A stretch of DNA of 29,284 bases from an uncultured Flavobacteriaceae bacterium (GTDB lineage Bacteria > Bacteroidota > Bacteroidia > B-17B0 > Aurantibacillaceae): contig CAZRUA010000041.1 of NCBI GenBank assembly GCA_964603125.1, positions 1-29,284 on the forward strand. Direction: 5' to 3'. Position 1 is the stretch's first letter; every line of letters begins with the position of its first letter. The translations under genes were made by a program, and so were the position numbers. The notes under the pieces were generated by a model. It saw only the letters and a program-made list of their open reading frames with translations, was not told the origin of the DNA and did no database searches. Of the stretch, positions 26,566 to 29,284 are shown piece after piece.

Positions 26566-26641
26566 TTGACAAAAGCTCATCCGCCGCGATGGAGTTGAGC
26601 ACCTGCCGATTTTAGAATCGGCATTAATCGGAAGGAAGTAG

Positions 26642-26659
26642 TCCCTATAGCTATCGGGA
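26642..26659. repeat. Third copy of the 18-bp palindrome, with one mismatch (TCCCTATAGCTATCGGGA)
   Basis: 17 of 18 identical to the copies at 23649 and 23732. It lies in the ORF-free region 26566-27610. Confidence 0.5.
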
Positions 26660-26873
26660 GAATAATATATTAACAATTGGTTAGCCAAATATGGCGCACC
26701 AGATAGATGTAAAATTGTTGCTATGCTCTTGTTAAAGCGTAGTTAGTATAAGGAGTGGTTAAAGGCCACAGCTCGATAACAATAAGGGCAAAGTTTGTAA
26801 AAGCCTATACGTTACATAGCATCTATCAAAGTACTGGTTTAATAAATGGAATAAATCCCATTGAAACCTAAAA

Positions 26874-26942
26874 ACATTTCAGGCTATGGCAGCCAATTGC
26901 TCTCCAAAAGCAAAGGACAACGTTCGATTCGTTGGAAATGTG
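26874..26942 (+). tRNA. tRNA-Trp(CCA)-like with shortened D-arm
   Basis: Acceptor ACATTTC/GAAATGT is perfect. Anticodon arm TTGCT-CTCCAAA-AGCAA gives anticodon CCA. T-arm CAACG-TTCGATT-CGTTG is canonical. The D-arm GGCT-ATGGC-AGCC is irregular. Total length 69 nt. Confidence 0.35.
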
Positions 26943-27201
26943 CCAATAGAATAATAGCAGCTAGGGCAAAGCCTTGTTTAAAACGTAGGAAATTCCCGTT
27001 ATTATTCTAAAAACTTAAAACATTGTTCATTGAAAAACAAAATACTGTTCGGAAGAACAAAAAATCTTCCTCGTGCCAGAGGAAGCGCGATACATAAACA
27101 AAACAATGCCTTGTTGTGGGTTTAAAACGCCCCATAGTATTGTACCAGTAGGAATCAATATACTGCAGCGCCATGTTTAGGGTATTGCTCATGTTGGGGT
27201 C

Positions 27202-27359
27202 AAGGGTTCAATTCCCTTTTTGTTCACAAGGACAAATAGCTCAGTTGGTTAGAGCACAACGCTTAGGTTACGGGTTCGAGTCCCGTCACGATTTCGCTCG
27301 TGTAACTCAATGGTAGAGTAATGGACTGAAAATCCATGCGTAGAAGTTGACTTACTTCT
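27202..27359 (+). pseudogene. String of degenerate tRNA-like modules: a 3' T-arm-plus-acceptor fragment, a D-arm-plus-T-arm module lacking an anticodon arm, and a tRNA-Phe(GAA)-like copy lacking a 3' acceptor strand
   Basis: 27202-27226 is AAGGG-TTCAATT-CCCTT followed by TTTGTTC. 27230-27293 is GGACAAA-TA-GCTCAGTTGGTTAGAGC, 13 nt, ACGGG-TTCGAGT-CCCGT. 27296-27359 is GCTCGTG-TA-ACTC-AATGGTA-GAGT-A-ATGGA-CTGAAAA-TCCAT followed by AGAAG-TTGACTTA-CTTCT. The junctions form hairpins: TTTGTTC/GGACAAA and CACGA/TCGTG. Confidence 0.3.
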
Positions 27360-27610
27360 TTAAAAATAGGTCACCAAAGAATGAGCAAATCATTTCAGTC
27401 AAATTACTAAATGTAAAATGACAGTTGGATTTTTGTCAGGATAGGCAGATACCGTTTTCACAAAGGTTTTGCTTTTTAGGCGTAGTAAACAATTACTTCT
27501 AAAAACCACTATTGGAGGTGCAAACTTAAGCTAAATCTTCACCAAAATTTGATGAAGTGCTTTGCAAGTTCTTTAAATAGAATTAAAAACAAAACATAAA
27601 AACAAATAAA

Positions 27611-28714
27611 ATGATACAAAGAGTAAAAGTTGATGCCTGGAAAAAAGGCTTGGTAATTAAAAACAACAATTTAATTGATGTTTTAAGTGAAGGTACATAC
27701 TGGTTATCTGCAAGTGTAGCTGTAATTAATTATGATATGGCTAAACCATTTGTTGCGCCAATTAACCTTAACATTTTGATGAAAAATCAAAAATTTGCAG
27801 ATGCGGTTAAAATAGTAAACGTAGCCGACAATGAAATAGCATTGCGCTATGAAGGAGATACATTTGTTGAAGTATTAACCCAAGGTAAATACCTCTATTG
27901 GGAAGGTTTGGTAGAACACAAAATAATTGCAATTGACTTGAGTGTTGTGGATATTGATGTTGGCATAGATAAAGCAATACTTACACGTAAAGAGCTTGCT
28001 CCATACATACGCACTTTTGTTATAGAACCTAATGAAAAAGCAATTGTTTATATTGATGGTAAGTTCAACAAAATTGTTGAAGCAGGTTCTTACAGCTATT
28101 GGAAAAACAATACTAACATAGCCATAACAAAAGTTGAAACACGAACCATGCAAATGGAAGTTGCTGGTCAAGAAATACTGACAAAAGATAAGGCCGTAAT
28201 ACGACTAAACTTTTACTTGCAATACAATGTTGTTGACGCTGTTAAAGCAATTTTAAACAACAAGGAGTACGAAAAACAATTGTATGTTTTAATACAGCTT
28301 GCTTTACGTGAATTTGTTGGTTCCATGACCTTAGATGAGCTTTTAGAGAAAAAAGAAAATGTATCTGATTACATATTGGATTCAACTGCTCGAAAAGTTT
28401 CATACTTGGGTGTATTAATAAAAGGTTGTGGTATACGTGATATTATTTTACCTGGTGATATGAAGGAAATAATGAATCAAGTATTGATTGCAGAGAAAAA
28501 AGCCCAAGCTAACACAATTATGCGTCGTGAGGAAACTGCCTCAACACGTAGCTTGCTAAATACTGCAAAGCTAATGGAAGACAATGCGATGTTGTTTAAG
28601 TTAAAAGAAATGGAATATGTAGAAAAGATTGCAGAGAAGATAAATACTATTTCATTATCAGGTGGTTCACAAATTGTGGATCAGCTAAAACAAATATTTG
28701 TCTCTAATAAATAG
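27611..28714 (+). CDS. SPFH (band 7 / stomatin-prohibitin-like) domain protein with ~170-aa N-terminal extension
   Basis: The C-terminal half carries an SPFH-domain pattern (KDKAVIRLNFYLQYNVVD ... REFVGSMTLDELLEKKENVS ... IRDIILPGDMKEIMNQVLIAEKKAQANTIMRREE). Confidence 0.65.
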   Translation: MIQRVKVDAWKKGLVIKNNNLIDVLSEGTYWLSASVAVINYDMAKPFVAPINLNILMKNQKFADAVKIVNVADNEIALRYEGDTFVEVLTQGKYLYWEGLVEHKIIAIDLSVVDIDVGIDKAILTRKELAPYIRTFVIEPNEKAIVYIDGKFNKIVEAGSYSYWKNNTNIAITKVETRTMQMEVAGQEILTKDKAVIRLNFYLQYNVVDAVKAILNNKEYEKQLYVLIQLALREFVGSMTLDELLEKKENVSDYILDSTARKVSYLGVLIKGCGIRDIILPGDMKEIMNQVLIAEKKAQANTIMRREETASTRSLLNTAKLMEDNAMLFKLKEMEYVEKIAEKINTISLSGGSQIVDQLKQIFVSNK

Positions 28715-28742
28715 ATAAAACCCTCATTTCAATTTGGAAGTG

Positions 28743-28813
28743 AGGGATAAAATGCCCTTTCGTCTAACGGCAGGACGTTACTTTTTGACAGTAAATATTG
28801 TGGTTCGAATCCA
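28743..28813 (+). tRNA. tRNA-Gln(TTG)
   Basis: Acceptor TGCCCTT/AAGGGCA (U1-A72, as is usual for bacterial tRNA-Gln). D-arm GTCT-AACGGCA-GGAC. Anticodon arm TTACT-TTTTGAC-AGTAA is perfect. T-arm TGTGG-TTCGAAT-CCACG with one U-G pair. The variable loop is 4 nt. Confidence 0.7.
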
Positions 28814-29284
28814 CGAAGGGCAACAAAAATAAACTTATAGATTATCTGCCGCGGCAGAGTAAAAGCTGCTGTAAAATTACTTAACCGCGAAGTGTGGGGA
28901 TAATTCCGGCGAGCCTTGACGTTGCGAAGAGCTGAGTTTACAGTGCACCGGAAAAGAGAAATCAAAGTAGGGAAGCGTATTTATAGCCATACTATTCAGA
29001 AATGAAAATGGAGGTTCGAATCCCATTAGGGCCGCAGAAAGGGACTGACCTGATAAAAAAGGGTTCAGTCCCTTTGTCATTAAAAGAAAATCGCCCGACA
29101 GACGGGCGATTTCAGCGATTACAGAATTTATTTTTGGAGTTCGAAATGACCCATTTTTTCGATCATAAACAATCCCTTCAGGAAAGACTAATTTTTGCAA
29201 TTTTTCCTTGAGATTTATGCTTCCTTTGAGCCACAATCTCGTGATTTTCAGGCACAATTGGGCTACCTCATGTAGGCTTTCGCA

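Noticed and set aside
26943-27008. tRNA-like element with 8-bp terminal pairing AGAATAAT ... ATTATTCT
   Set aside because: Internal D, anticodon and T arms could not be folded. It is treated as a plain hairpin or degenerate remnant.
27007-27192. ORF 27007-27192(-), 61 aa
   Set aside because: It lies in the tRNA-like module region and has no motif. It is more likely non-coding.
27875-28171. ORF 27875-28171(-), 98 aa
   Set aside because: Antisense to the SPFH gene.
28900-29040. Possible tmRNA (GGGGATAATTCCGG ... CTTGACG 5'-like segment and a GGTTCGAATCC T-loop-like 3' segment)
   Set aside because: The two ends are only ~130 nt apart and the acceptor strands do not pair. No tag-peptide reading frame (..NYALAA-stop) is present.
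28729-29257. ORFs 28729-28965(-), 28877-29257(-, 126 aa) and 29002-29211(+)
   Set aside because: They overlap tRNA-Gln and the structured hairpin or tRNA-like region. The 126-aa ORF was examined as a possible integrase N-terminus but has no recognisable recombinase features. It is left uncalled.
1-29284. CRISPR arrays, rRNA genes, transposase or integrase genes
   Set aside because: None found. The only tandem repeats are the sRNA-like units and palindromes described above.

Overview
The window looks like low-GC Bacteroidetes (Flavobacteriia-like) DNA and splits into two parts.

Positions 1-19080 are ordinary chromosome. They carry a secreted Gly/Thr-rich protein (3' partial), a metallophosphoesterase, an M1 zinc peptidase, a TlpA-like thioredoxin lipoprotein, gatB, an ECF sigma factor with a zf-HC2 anti-sigma, an MsrB-MsrA fusion, a PD40/TolB-like protein, a beta-carbonic anhydrase, a bestrophin-like channel, an ABC ATPase, and nrdB-nrdA followed by a clean terminator.

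Positions ~19081-28813 are an AT-rich accessory island built around RNA damage and repair, ending in a tRNA-Gln gene. It holds:
- an RtcB-family ligase gene immediately followed by a PrfH (RF-H) gene, i.e. the ribosome rescue/16S-repair pair known from E. coli;
- an Rnl5-like ATP-dependent RNA ligase with KxDG and EGIV motifs;
- two diverged direct repeats (~260-285 bp), one 220 bp upstream of rtcB and one 250 bp upstream of the ATP-dependent ligase gene, each with a Bacteroidetes-type promoter and an intrinsic terminator, which look like small RNA genes or attenuator leaders;
- further tandem terminator hairpins before the ATP-dependent ligase gene;
- an array of AT-rich tRNA genes that diverge from normal chromosomal tRNAs. 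Arg-ACG, Ile-TAT, Lys-TTT, Phe-GAA, Tyr-GTA and Gln-TTG are canonical. Pro-TGG-like has C33, His-GTG-like has a weak T-stem, and three type-II Leu/Ser-like genes have non-canonical T-arms;
- an 18-bp perfect palindrome TCCCGATAGCTATCGGGA present three times, plus a variant copy;
- a second stretch of degenerate tRNA-like modules;
- a WYL-domain regulator, an S24-peptidase-only protein, an SPFH protein, and a 111-aa ORF inside the tRNA array.

No integrase, CRISPR array or rRNA gene is visible. All coordinates come from by-eye reading and translation of the sequence; no search or folding tool was used.
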